The notes below the pieces were generated by a model, which had not been told where the DNA came from, ran no database searches, and saw nothing but the letters and a program-made list of their open reading frames with translations. Positions 12,547 through 25,185 of a DNA stretch of 32,764 bases are shown piece after piece (position 1 is the first letter of the stretch; every line of letters begins with the position of its first letter). The DNA lies in the NCBI RefSeq assembly GCF_001194135.2, contig NC_068998.1, positions 8,142,233-8,174,996 on the forward strand. Reading direction: 5' to 3'. A program made the translations under genes and the position numbers. This DNA is from Octopus bimaculoides (Eukaryota).

Positions 12547-15138
12547 CGCACAGAAATATGCATCAGGTAATAGAAAGAAGATTGAAATAGTCCCAAGAGG
12601 AAATCTAAGCAGAGATATCAAATTCCAAACTTCACACAAATTTAAATTTTCCATTAATTTGTATATGAGAGCATGTGAAAGTGTCTGTGAAAATGAGTAA
12701 TTATATGCGTACGTCTATATGTGTGAATTTCTTATTATTTATTAAGTAAGGAACTCTTGTTATAAAAAATAAATGATGGCAAATTTAATGAGATTCCGTA
12801 TATCAGCCTGTTTTGTGTGTGTATGAGTTTGGGAGAGAGAGGGGGAGGGGTAGAGGGGGTAGAGAGGGTAGAGGGTGGAGCGAGTGAGAGAGAAAGGTTG
12901 TTACGATATTTTGACTTTTACGTGCTTTTTATCCTCCATGATTTCAGCCATTTTAAAATGTCTATAGGTTTCCTTTCACTATCACCGAGAAATATTTTGA
13001 AGTTTTGACGGAGTAAAAGATCAAAGGATATATTTCTTTATTTAACTGAATATGAATTTGAAAGAATTATTATATAACACAGATCAGTACTAAAGAGCGC
13101 CAATGTTAAAGATTGGTACGTTGCGTGTTGCAGTCTGAAATACTGAGGGATGCACGAATGAATTTAAAAATACTAGATTGTTCTCTCGTAAGAAAAAATA
13201 AGAAAAACAAAATGAATGACTTTGGACGCTTTAACCGATAACGTTGTTGAGAAAGGTGGTGAATGTTAACGTTTTATATGGGTTTTCTTAGAAATCTGAA
13301 ACATCGTTTTTAATTATTTTGTATGCCTTGATAGAAGGAACGAACATTTACCATTTTGTCGTGTCTCAGAAAACTGATTAGGAGAGACGTAGAATAAACT
13401 GCAACACTTTGATTAAAGCAGTACAAAAGCGAATCAACTTGATTACATTATCGCTTAGAACAGAAGTCAGATGGGAATCTTTGTGAAAAAAATTGGCGAT
13501 TCCTGTAAAATTTCCTGGCAATTTACTACAGATTTAAAATCAACCTACTAAAGAAATCAACTACTCAAAATAGATACATTCCGTCTGACGAAAGGTTGCA
13601 CGGTTTGGGTCTGCTCATTTTCAATCGCAGATCTTAGAGCGATCAGAGATCGTGGAGGAAATTATCATGCAATGACTGGGAAATAATAATCATCACCAAG
13701 GAACCATGTCTGCATTCACCCTTGTTCAGTTACAATTCGTCAATTTTCTAAGAATTGAACCCTGTCCTGCTGGTAACACGAACACTATTATGAGCAAACA
13801 AGCTCGTTTTGGGTTTTATATTATTTCTGTAATGTACAGTTTCTTTCATAAAAAAAAAACGAAAACGTGAGAGGAGGTGAAAAGACAACAGTAATTTAAC
13901 ACTAAGAAATATAGACAGGTTCTATTTCTTAGAATTTTGTTTTTATGTTGAAACAGAGAGGTTGATGTAGAAATCACAGAAAATGGACTAGATAATTTTC
14001 ATTTGTGCTACATCAGTATATTCACCCTTCAAAATACTATAAAATGCTGACGATGACACTACTAAATATAAAAGGTGTGTTATCTTTTTTCTAGGAGAAT
14101 AGCACTAATACTATGTAATTGACGGCACTGAAGTATCATATTAAGTTTGAAGATGTGAAAAAAAGTAATTAGTAAAATGAATGATGGGATTTTAATTATG
14201 TCCTATGATTAATTTCGTTTCAGATGTCACCTAATAAAAAATATGATCTTTTTGTCGAGCAGTATTGACAAATAGGTTAACAAAAACGGTCGAAACCAAA
14301 TGACGGAAAGTCATTTACATTATCGTTTTAGCCAAATAAATAAGTGTAACAGCTTACAGTGATAGATAATGACAACGATTACTAATTAAGGTATGTAAGA
14401 ATATATAAGTATATATACAGATATGTACCATAACCAGAGCATATACACAGTATCCACATGACGAAGACTCCTTAGCATGGTGGTTCGATTTAATAGTAAA
14501 TAACGAGTAGCATTCTGTCAAACCAAGCCCTAACCCTTCAAACATAGAGTAACACAATTGATAATGTATTCTAAGATTAACTTTATCGCATGTTTAGGCA
14601 CCACCACCATCAAGTTTGTATGTTTTTTATTGATTTATAGTGTGCTGCATGTATTAGGCTCAAGTATCCAGTCTGAAAGTAAACACATTTCTATCCAGCA
14701 TTCTCAGAAACCCTAGAAAAGTATTATGGACCCTTTCCATTCTCCTATGGTCCAAACATCCATATATGTTACCCTTTATCCATCCAACATTATGACTCGC
14801 AATACAATTCCTGTGCTTGGCGTCGAACCAGAATATTCATCTTTGCCCTTTATAGGTAACAATTAGACACGCACGATCATAGAATTTCTTGCTGAATCTC
14901 GAAGAGTGATCGGCCGAGGAGTGACCTTTGAGAGGACACCTTACATGCTAAAAGGGTAGTTAAATCCGAAACCACAAAAAAAAGCAATTTCAAAGAGAAC
15001 GAAAATATTTTTATAGTTAACCCCTCATATATACATATGCCCGTGTGCTTGGACAGGGTGGGAGAATAAGAGAAAGACGTACAGACTCCGAAGTAAAATG
15101 ATAAGTTGAGAGACGTAAGATACTTATGTAGAGACGTG

Positions 15139-15139
<1 letters not shown>

Positions 15140-15186
<47 letters not shown>
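15140..15186. repeat. (GA)n microsatellite
   Basis: Read directly from the sequence. Confidence 0.95.
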
Positions 15187-15187
<1 letters not shown>

Positions 15188-15727
15188 TAGATAGATGCTA
15201 GATAGAGGAACAGTAATAGTAATATAAGACCAAGATACAAATATAGAGAAATTTGAAAACGTAGCTAAAACAAAATTCCCGTAAGTTTTCATGTGTTTCT
15301 ATCATGTAAGAAGTGTTTTTTTCAGACAGTTAGTATTTGGATACACACAATAGACAGAATAATAGAGACATGTTTGTTGTGCTAGAAAATTCGAAATTCT
15401 TTTATTTATATTTATTTTTATCCTTCTATTTTTATTTAATTTCACTATAATGATTTCTGCAGTGCTACAGTAAATGGTTCGCTTGGCATTAAGATGAAAA
15501 AAAAAATCGATCACAACCTGTGAAGCTTGTTCTATCATTAGATTATATGCCGAACTATATGACCACATGGACGGAATCAATCTCACTTGTTTCCAGCAAA
15601 GATGTCTGTTACCAAAATTCAACCTTAGAAACTATGAGATAACAAAAAATAAAGAGGAGAAAAGAAAAAATACAAATAGAGAAAACGATTATAAAACAGT
15701 GAATAAATATATTTATCTAATACAGAG

Positions 15728-15781
15728 ACACACACACTATATATACATACACACTCACACACACACATACACACACACACG

Positions 15782-15816
<35 letters not shown>

Positions 15817-16343
15817 GNNNNNNNNNNNNNNNNNNNNNNNNNNNNNNNNNNNNNNNNNNNNNNNNNNNNNNNNNNNNNNNNNNNNNNNNNNNNNNNNNNN
15901 NNNNNNNNNNNNNNNNNNNNNNNNNNNNNNNNNNNNNNNNNNNNNNNNNNNNNNNNNNNNNNNNNNNNNNNNNNNNNNNNNNNNNNNNNNNNNNNNNNNN
16001 NNNNNNNNNNNNNNNNNNNNNNNNNNNNNNNNNNNNNNNNNNNNNNNNNNNNNNNNNNNNNNNNNNNNNNNNNNNNNNNATATATATATATATATATACC
16101 TGTGTGTGTATATACGTGTGAACGTATATACGTATGTATATACGTATGAACGTATATACATGTATAAACACATATACGTATATATAGGAATATATATGTG
16201 AGTGAAAAAAATTATATATGGGTGAATATATGCAATGTATATACATACGCACATAAATATCTGTAGATACATGTCATATATAAGTATTTTTTCTATCTAT
16301 ATATGTGTGTGTGTTTGCGACTGTGTGCGTTTGTATGCGAGCA

Positions 16344-16386
<43 letters not shown>

Positions 16387-16664
16387 GTGTGTGTGTGTGG
16401 GTGTGTGTGTGTTTAAGAAAATGTTTTCATTCTGTATCTGAATCTGGTTTCTTGGACTGGAAAAAAGAATTTACCGTAGAGAACAGGGAGAAATGAAAAC
16501 ACATTTCTCACATGAATAAAGTCCCTGTAGATTTACATGAAATGAAAGGATGTGATTATGTCATGTTCAAGCTTTTCCAAATAACATCATTGTTATATCT
16601 AAAATAAGATGAATCCCCTGGTAAAGGTAAACAACTTAGTAGTGTTTGTCATTAAATCTTTATC

Positions 16665-16705
<41 letters not shown>

Positions 16706-16791
16706 NNNNNNNNNNNNNNNNNNNNNNNNNNNNNNNNNNNNNNNNNNNNNNNNNNNNNNNNNNNNNNNNNNNNNNNNNNNATATATATATA
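15728..16791. repeat. Series of (CA)n, (TA)n and (GT)n microsatellites around gaps 15818-16079 and 16706-16780
   Basis: Read directly; unique sequence at about 16415-16665 is interleaved. Confidence 0.9.
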
Positions 16792-17909
16792 TATACAGCC
16801 TCGGTTTTTGAAACTTATAGAATGAGATTCTATGTTTATTAAGCGTTCTAAAATTCAAGAGATGCAATAAAACAAAAGGTATATAGGAACCGGAAAATTC
16901 GGTAATATTTATATTGCTTATCAAGTTATTTCTGTTATATTATGATTACGTGGCTCACTCAGATATAGAAATATTCAGATATAGGTTAGAGAGTACAGAC
17001 CCAATAGAAGATTTTCATAGGGAGCAATCCCGATGCAGCAGATTAGTAGAGGTCTTTGCGTTAGAAGTTATCCTTAGATTGTCTTACATTTTTGAAACGC
17101 TTTTAATAATGTCAAGAGACGAACATAGTAACGAGTAAGATTCCACTCTAACTTAAGCATGACTAGATAGATTTTATATCAGGCACAGTCGCACTGTATA
17201 TTTTAAACTTCCTGAAAACCTGTTCGTTTTATTGACATATCATAAGAGGTGCTCAATAGAGTGGCGGTAGGATTAATATAGAGTTATATTTGAGAAAACT
17301 ATTAAAGAAGTAGTTATATATGCATTAACGTACAGCAGACAAAACTGAGCATTATACACAAAATTAAACTTAAACTCTAACACGAGAGGCACATGAAAAT
17401 TTAATTTCAGACATCTTTAGAAATGGGAATAGTGTTTATTAGAAATACTCCTAAATTTGCTTTCAAAACAGAACTCCTCTATTTGTGCAAAGTTCCTAAA
17501 TAGAAAAGTACATAATGAATGTACAATACAAGAGGCAATGTCTCTTTTCCTCCGGAAAACATCGAGGAACTAGTAGCAAAGATTCTTTGAATTGAAGCAT
17601 ATACATGTTTTGCTGATAGGAATGATGCTTTATGGATAGCTATAAAGGCAGAAACAGAGTTAGTCAAGTAACAATGAGTCCAGCATTTGAATAATACTTC
17701 ATAATATTGTATCAGAAGCGAGAAAAGGTTCGATAACTTAGCCGGCTTTTGAACTCTAATCCTAAAATGCGATATAGAAAATATCTCGCGGCATTTTGTT
17801 TGATGCACTAAAGATCCTGCAAATCCAGTGTTGCTTTGAATAATGATAATAACAATTAGTGGTAATAATAATCATAATGAAAATAAATACCATAAAAAAG
17901 GCACTAACT

Positions 17910-17959
17910 AATAATAATAATGATGATGAAGATGACGATGATGATGATGATGATGATAA
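17910..17959. repeat. (AAT)n-(GAT)n compound microsatellite
   Basis: Read directly from the sequence. Confidence 0.9.
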
Positions 17960-18242
17960 CATTAAATTTCATTAAATTGAAATTCTTCAAGGAACATTGT
18001 TTACTCATTCGCCTGGTTCGTTTATATTCTATTTTTGGTCTTTGAATTATGAAATAGCATTCTTCGTTTTAAAGAATACAGTGAAAGATTCTATTTCCAT
18101 TTGAAAACATCTCTTGTGCAATTGAATAACTTCTCTCAATGACAGTCCTCGTTAACTCTATGAATGTAGCTGTAGAAACGTTCCTTTGTTATGGATGTTT
18201 ACTTGATAAAAGTCGCATTATTATCAATCTATCTCCCAACCT

Positions 18243-18248
<6 letters not shown>

Positions 18249-18287
<39 letters not shown>

Positions 18288-18802
18288 NNNNNNNNNNNNN
18301 NNNNNNNNNNNNNNNNNNNNNNNNNNNNNNNNNNNNNNNNNNNNNNNNNNNNNNNNNNNNNNNNNNNNNNNNNNNNNNNNNNNNNNNNNNNNNNNNNNNN
18401 NNNNNNNNNNNNNNNNNNNNNNNNNNNNNNNNNNNNNNNNNNNNNNNNNNNNNNNNNNNNNNNNNNNNNNNNNNNNNNNNNNNNNNNNNNNNNNNNNNNN
18501 NNNNNNNNNNNNNNNNNNNNNNNNNNNNNNNNNNNNNNNNNNNNNNNNNNNNNNNNNNNNNNNNNNNNNNNNNNNNNNNNNNNNNNNNNNNNNNNNNNNN
18601 NNNNNNNNNNNNNNNNNNNNNNNNNNNNNNNNNNNNNNNNNNNNNNNNNNNNNNNNNNNNNNNNNNNNNNNNNNNNNNNNNNNNNNNNNNNNNNNNNNNN
18701 NNNNNNNNNNNNNNNNNNNNNNNNNNNNNNNNNNNNNNNNNNNNNNNNNNNNNNNNNNNNNNNNNNNNNNNNNNNNNNNNNTATATATATATATATATAT
18801 AT
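18249..18802. repeat. (TA)n microsatellite spanning gap 18288-18781
   Basis: TA repeats on both flanks of the gap. Confidence 0.95.
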
Positions 18803-19715
18803 AAACATACAGGCGTCCATAGACGTATAAACATACATGTATACGTACATATAAATAGAGGTGTGTGATTATTATTATTTTTACTGTGATGATGATGATG
18901 ATGATCATGATGATGAATTCTTTATCAGCATTATTGTCATTGATGGATAAAGTATGGATTTCCTTTAAGAAACTCTAATTTTCATATCTTTTAATTCTGT
19001 TGATGGATACAATTTCTATAACACATTCATATCTTAGGCAAACACTTTATTTTGTTTATTCATCATTGAAGAATATATTTCACGACAATCATGATTATCA
19101 ATTGATATATTTGCTATTAAATATAATTAGGTCTAGTGATAGAAATGGATGGATTATTCTTCATTCCTTTACACTGTTTATCAACACTTATACTTGAAAT
19201 TCCATCACAGCTGATTGTAAAATTTATTTACATAATATATATGAGTAAATGCGAATTACTTGTCTGTAGAAAGGTGTTGCTATATTAAATAACACCATTT
19301 CCCATTGATGCAAATTGAGTTAACCTTTATGCCCTCTTTCACGCTGGTATTGAATACCGTGTATGTATCCATTGAATTACTTCTTCCATATTGAAAGAAT
19401 AAAAAAGGGCCGGATAGCTTACTTGTTGATATGCATTGCCTAACTGCAGGATATTTGTTTATATTCTTGGTATATAATTTATTAAGAAAGCAGACATTTC
19501 TAACTGATCTCGTTGGTAACAAGAAAAAGAAGAATAACATTTTAGCTGAAAGATTATTGTAAAGATTATTGCTATTGCTACGCAAGCTGAATCACCTGTA
19601 CAAGGAGGTCTTGTGTTGAAAGACAAAAAAACCTTCTAAGTTCCCAGAAGTATCACTTTCGAAGCATATCAGAACATCCAGGAGATGTATCTTCACTCTA
19701 AACAACATTTCATCG

Positions 19716-19842
19716 AATAGAGCGTGATAGAGTAAGTAGAAGACATCCAACAAATACTGGAGCAGATTTGATTGATTGAAGTCTTTAATTTTATGCTCCA
19801 GCATGGCCCACATCAGATAACTGAAACCAGTAAAAAGAAATA
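19716..19842 (+). mobile_element. SINE family B, diverged 3' terminal fragment
   Basis: gatagagtaagtag...gctccagcatggcccacatcagataactgaaaccagtaaaaaga matches the end of the 22621-22830 copy (gatagaataagtac...gcagcatcgccttagtcaaatgattgaaacaagcaaacga). Confidence 0.65.
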
Positions 19843-21015
19843 TAATTGAGAATGAGTTTTATTCATAAGTTGTAGTTATTTTGACTAGACCCACTGTAGT
19901 CCCCACTTAATACCACATTTTATCGTTGCATTCATCTTGCTCTCGGATTCCGGGCTCAATATGCTTCCCTTCATTTTCTAAGCATTTTCATCGGCCATTG
20001 TAAATGCAGTTATTATTTTCCCTGACATCCTATTTACTCTTAACGATTAACTTCAAGTTGGGAATATTATTACTCATCATATATACAGCGACTTCATTGA
20101 TAGCCACTTTGCTACATCTGACATTTCGCTTACTATAATATATTGATATAAACCTTCCTAACCTTTATATTCATTAACGTACGGTGAACTCTGCTTAGTT
20201 CATCAATGTCTAAATATTTCAAACTACGTCCACTCTGTTTTTTCTGATCTCTGTAAAAATATTAGTGGATTTGATATTAATTTTCGTTTCTTTATGTGAC
20301 CTTTACTACTTTTTTCCGTATATTTTATGCAATTACTCCTGTTCATTCTGTCTGTACACTGTGTGTCCAATAGTGTTTGCGTTTTTACGTAATTGTTATC
20401 TACATGTCACAAAATTAATACATAAACCTTTACGTATTTTTCAGTTGATAGGTTCCCGGTAAAATAAATTTTACGTTATTTTTTCGACCCTTTATGTTCG
20501 AAACCCAAATTCAGCGGCTTACACACTTTACCTTTTACTGGCTTTGTCTCTAAATCACAAACAAGTATTTACATCTTTCAGGCTCTGAAATATAAATCAT
20601 TTGTTTCCTATCTAGAACCACCATATTATATGGGAGTGAAATATGGACACTCACAAGGAAATTATGAAATGGGCTAAATGGATACTACAGAAGGTTGCTA
20701 TGAATGACCCTAAATGTGAAATGGCAACAACATATGTCAAATGAATGTATTTATGGTAACATTCTGAAAGTTAGCGAGAGGATCAGTCAAAGATAGCTGC
20801 AACTATCTGGTTACTGAGGTGGAAGCATCCAAATTGGAGTTGTGGAAATCTCTTTATAGTACGAAGAGGAAAATGCCGTCACACTTACGTCTACAACTTG
20901 ATTGCAGACACTAGCCTGGAATGTATCCAGGACTTTGAGGGCCAGATGAGGGAACGAGAGGTGGGGCGGGGAAAATATTCCTGCTGCGGACCGACGTGGA
21001 AACGGCCATAAAGAT

Positions 21016-21312
<297 letters not shown>

Positions 21313-21333
21313 TTGATATAAAATAAAAAAATA

Positions 21334-21455
21334 AATGTGCCCTTTTAAAGCCTAGCCAGGCTCATGGGCCCGGTTTCCCGGTTTCAATGGCGAATGTGTT
21401 CCCCAACTGGACGGGACAACAGTCCATCGCAGCGTTACTCATTTTTGCCCGCTGA
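21334..21455 (-). mobile_element. SINE family C, 3' fragment
   Basis: GC-rich block (aaagcctagccaggctcatgggcccggtttcccgg...ctggacgggacaacagtccatcgcagcgttactcatttttgcc) matching an Octopus SINE 3' region that I recall. There is no full in-window homologue. Confidence 0.6.
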
Positions 21456-21854
21456 TACCACTTGTTAATCTGAGTTTTACTCATGACATCATTACCAAAG
21501 GCCTGCGGCATATCATACAATCTCTCTACTCGATGATTTCAGCGAAAATACAATTCCGACGTGCCCATATTACACGTCTGGACGCGAGGCTAGGAACTGA
21601 CGCGGCCTATCAGGGTGAAAATGTTCACACCTGTGCAGAAAATACCCAGAGTATTTTGCCAACATGGCCTTAGTTTTAGAAAAAAAAATGAAGTCGGATA
21701 TTTTTAAATGTGCCACGTAAATATTTTCTGACTGTAAATGAAATATTTCTGCAGCTTGTTTAGCAAGAAAATACAGAATCCTCTTTCTCGGAGTACGAGA
21801 TTCTGACAAAGTATGTTTAAATAAACTTATGTATATATAATACATGAGCACTCA

Positions 21855-22516
21855 CACATAAACAGACACATACACACACTTACATTTACACACACATACG
21901 CACACACACATGCACACAAACACACACACACACACACACANNNNNNNNNNNNNNNNNNNNNNNNNNNNNNNNNNNNNNNNNNNNNNNNNNNNNNNNNNNN
22001 NNNNNNNNNNNNNNNNNNNNNNNNNNNNNNNNNNNNNNNNNNNNNNNNNNNNNNNNNNNNNNNNNNNNNNNNNNNNNNNNNNNNNNNNNNNNNNNNNNNN
22101 NNNNNNNNNNNNNNNNNNNNNNNNNNNNNNNNNNNNNNNNNNNNNNNNNNNNNNNNNNNNNNNNNNNNNNNNNNNNNNNNNNNNNNNNNNNNNNNNNNNN
22201 NNNNNNNNNNNNNNNNNNNNNNNNNNNNNNNNNNNNNNNNNNNNNNNNNNNNNNNNNNNNNNNNNNNNNNNNNNNNNNNNNNNNNNNNNNNNNNNNNNNN
22301 NNNNNNNNNNNNNNNNNNNNNNNNNNNNNNNNNNNNNNNNNNNNNNNNNNNNNNNNNNNNNNNNNNNNNNNNNNNNNNNNNNNNNNNNNNNNNNNNNNNN
22401 NNNNNNNNNNNNNNNNNNNNNNNNNNNNNNNNNNNNNNNNNNNNNNNNNNNNNNNNNNNNNNNNNNNNNNNNNNNNNNNNNNNNNNNNNNNNNNNNNNNN
22501 NNNNNNNNNNNNNNNN

Positions 22517-22605
<89 letters not shown>

Positions 22606-22615
22606 TTGTTGTGCG
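21855..22615. repeat. (CA)n, gap, then (TA)n(TATG)n microsatellite
   Basis: Flanks gap 21941-22517. Confidence 0.95.
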
Positions 22616-22620
22616 TGCGT

Positions 22621-22830
22621 CCGTGTTTGTACCACCGCCATCGCTTGACAACCGATGCTGCTGTGCTTACGTTCCCATAAGCTAGCGGTTCGGCGAGCTT
22701 ATGACCGATAGAATAAGTACTCGACTTACAAAGAATAAGTCCTGGGGTCGCTTTATTCGACTAACACCCTTTACAGCTGCACTGCAGCATCGCCTTAGTC
22801 AAATGATTGAAACAAGCAAACGAATAAAAG
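22621..22830 (+). mobile_element. SINE family B, complete 3' domain downstream of a microsatellite and gap
   Basis: gtttgtaccaccgccatcgcttgacaaccgatgctg...gatagaataagtac...aagaataagtcctggggtcg...gtcaaatgattgaaacaag; homologous to the copies at 9648, 19716, 27772 and 30758. Confidence 0.88.
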
Positions 22831-23007
22831 TATCCATATACATATATATATATAATGTTTTGTGGTTGTACAGGTATACAGTCAGCTCTTACTCAGGAAC
22901 ACTCGTGGTGCCTTAAATGCCACATTTCAGTAACTGATCTAGTTTACCTGTCTATTTTGTGACCTGACATATATACCTTTTGGTGCATCTGGCTAATGCA
23001 CATTAAA

Positions 23008-23110
23008 GTGTATAGGCTGGTGCAACGTGAACAGAAGTACCGGGCTCGAATACGCATTGCACTACCTGGTCCAAAAATTGAACCCAAGACCTTGTGATGA
23101 TGATCCAAAT
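23008..23110 (-). mobile_element. Diverged SINE family C head/central fragment
   Basis: ctggtgcaacgtgaacagaagt...cctggtccaaaaattgaacccaagaccttgtgatga; the minus strand carries a B-box-like gggttcaattt. The match is to a recalled consensus only. Confidence 0.4.
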
Positions 23111-24848
23111 TAAATGTTTCTCTAACAATTTTACTACACATTTGATCTTATTTATAGAAGAAAGTAAATAAATATTTTCCCGACAAGCATCAGAAATCAA
23201 CTTGGGGTAGCGTATCACCATGTGACTATATATCTATGGATACCATAATAAACGTGAAAAAGTTTATTACTCTAAGTAGGAAGCCGACACCCCGACAAAG
23301 TCATTGCTCGAATGAAGAAAACAAGCACTGTGTCAATGTTTTTCCACATAGATGAAGCAGATACGATATTGTGTACATAGTTGAATACATCATTGTATAC
23401 ATTGTTGAATTTGTACTAAGTATATGGAATTATTCCAAAAGATTTGAGAAATACAGAATAAATGTGCTGATAGAAGCACAACTAAAAGCCTCGTCATAGC
23501 TTTGAACTGTCGGCAAGTCGCGCAGTAATTTACCTTGTTGTATATCTCAACTCTGTATCTCGAACATTGCTGACATTAACAGTTTGAATTATGAACAAAG
23601 ATGGAGGGAAAGTTATTAGTAGAATATCAATATAAAAATGGTGCACAGAGAGTTCAGAGTAAATTTTGATCTGATACTGTTTTATTTGCAAATGTTTGGA
23701 AGCTATAATTAATTCCTTCAACTCTTGGCCCCAATTTGCTCTAGCAAAGTTGAAATATTGTCTATAGAGCTGTAATTTATTGGGTAATAACACATTTCAT
23801 TACTTTCTAATGGCCTGGTTACATTCTTGCTTGGCAATCATTTCTTATTGGGGGTTTTCAAATTATAGCGACATATAATCGCTGAAACTTAAAAGTCAAA
23901 AGAAATGCTTTGCCCTGTCATTGTGTCTTTTGACGTATGCATTTCATGAACTTAAATCATACATTCAGCAGTGCAGTTAAGTCCAATAAATTCAATATTG
24001 GTATATATGAAGTGGATTATAGCTGGCATTATTTCTATTAGGGTGATGTATTATAGATGTTTAGTCAAGCCTGACATGAATTACGGTTGGAACAATAACT
24101 GTTTCATTTGGTGTAAAATTTCTTAATGTATTATATATAGTAGTACCGCCCTGGAATTTAGCGGTAGTAGTAAGATATTAAACAGTGTCCAGAGTAGATG
24201 AAGAAGCTATCCAATCAATTGCCAATAGTATTTATAGGACATATCAATCAAAGTCATTATATTATTATTTGAATTATTACAGTCGAAACACTTATATACT
24301 GGAATGAGAGTCTTTTGTTTAAACTTGTAAATGTTTTCCAGTTGATAGGAGTAGCACAAGGAAAAGCATGGAAGAGATGCAGCCATCAGCTTCGAAACTA
24401 ATTATCCAGTTCGGAACTTGGAGATTATCTGATTACAATGAGTTTTTATGTCCGACAATCAGAAAAGAATGTGTTTTCAATGTAGTGGAAACATTGATAA
24501 TAATTGAATGCAGCTTTATATTCGGTCTAGCAATAAACCCATTTAACTAATTGAATTTCTACAGCTGAAATTGAAAACTGTTTTCTTTGTAGTACTGAAA
24601 TGTTCAGTTGAGGAATTAAATAGGATGGTTTTGTTTCAACATCACTTGTTCATTCATTGCATGTAAATATCTAATATTAAAGGTGGATTTATGTATTCCA
24701 ACAGCACTTACAAGTGGACTGATATCTCACTAGAGGTGAAACAAATGAAATAAGCAAACTACTTCTAGCTAAACAGATAACTCACTGAATAATCATCAAT
24801 GCTTTAAAATTGTTAATTTTGAAGTCATTATTACTACACCTGAGAAAC

Positions 24849-24890
24849 TTGATCTTACATGATCTCACCTGTGAGATCATGTAAGATCAA
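24849..24890. repeat. Perfect inverted repeat with 20-bp arms and a 2-nt spacer
   Basis: ttgatcttacatgatctcac-ct-gtgagatcatgtaagatcaa; the arms are exact reverse complements. Confidence 0.97.
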
Positions 24891-24990
24891 ATTTCGTGAA
24901 GTGATGGTGTGAAGAAAGCTGACCTGAGCATCGAAAATATAATAAAATGGACATTACACTTAAGGGGATAATGAAGGAAATATTAGCACT

Positions 24991-25185
24991 AATAATCATT
25001 CCAACTATTAGCACAAGACCTGAAATTTGGTGAGTCGTTGCTAGAGGATGGAATCGATCACAGAAGACTGGTACTTATTTTATCAACCACGAAAGAATGA
25101 AATGCTAGGGTCGCCGATGGTGGAATACGAATCCATATGTAAAGACGGACGAAATGCCGCTAAGCAGTGCTAATAACCTTGCCAT
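24991..25185 (-). mobile_element. SINE family A, diverged near full-length copy
   Basis: gcacaagacctgaaattt...ctggtacttattttatcaaccacgaaagaatgaaa...gtaaagacggacgaaatgccgctaagca aligns with the 21016, 26042 and 28412 copies. Confidence 0.82.

Noticed and set aside
14810-14880. Perfect B-box (GGTTCGACGCC, minus strand, 14819-14829) suggesting a tRNA
   Set aside because: No convincing D-arm, anticodon arm or acceptor stem; at most a decayed SINE head or chance match.
16523-16532. ccctgtagat, resembling the miR-10 5' region
   Set aside because: The rest of the mature sequence and a hairpin are absent.
17479-17808. 109-aa minus-strand ORF and protein-like plus-strand fragments
   Set aside because: No motif recognised, multiple stops in the plus frame and no supporting splice structure.
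19585-19737. Possible exon ending at GTAAGT (about 19732)
   Set aside because: The donor-like motif lies within a family-B SINE fragment, and all frames contain stops.
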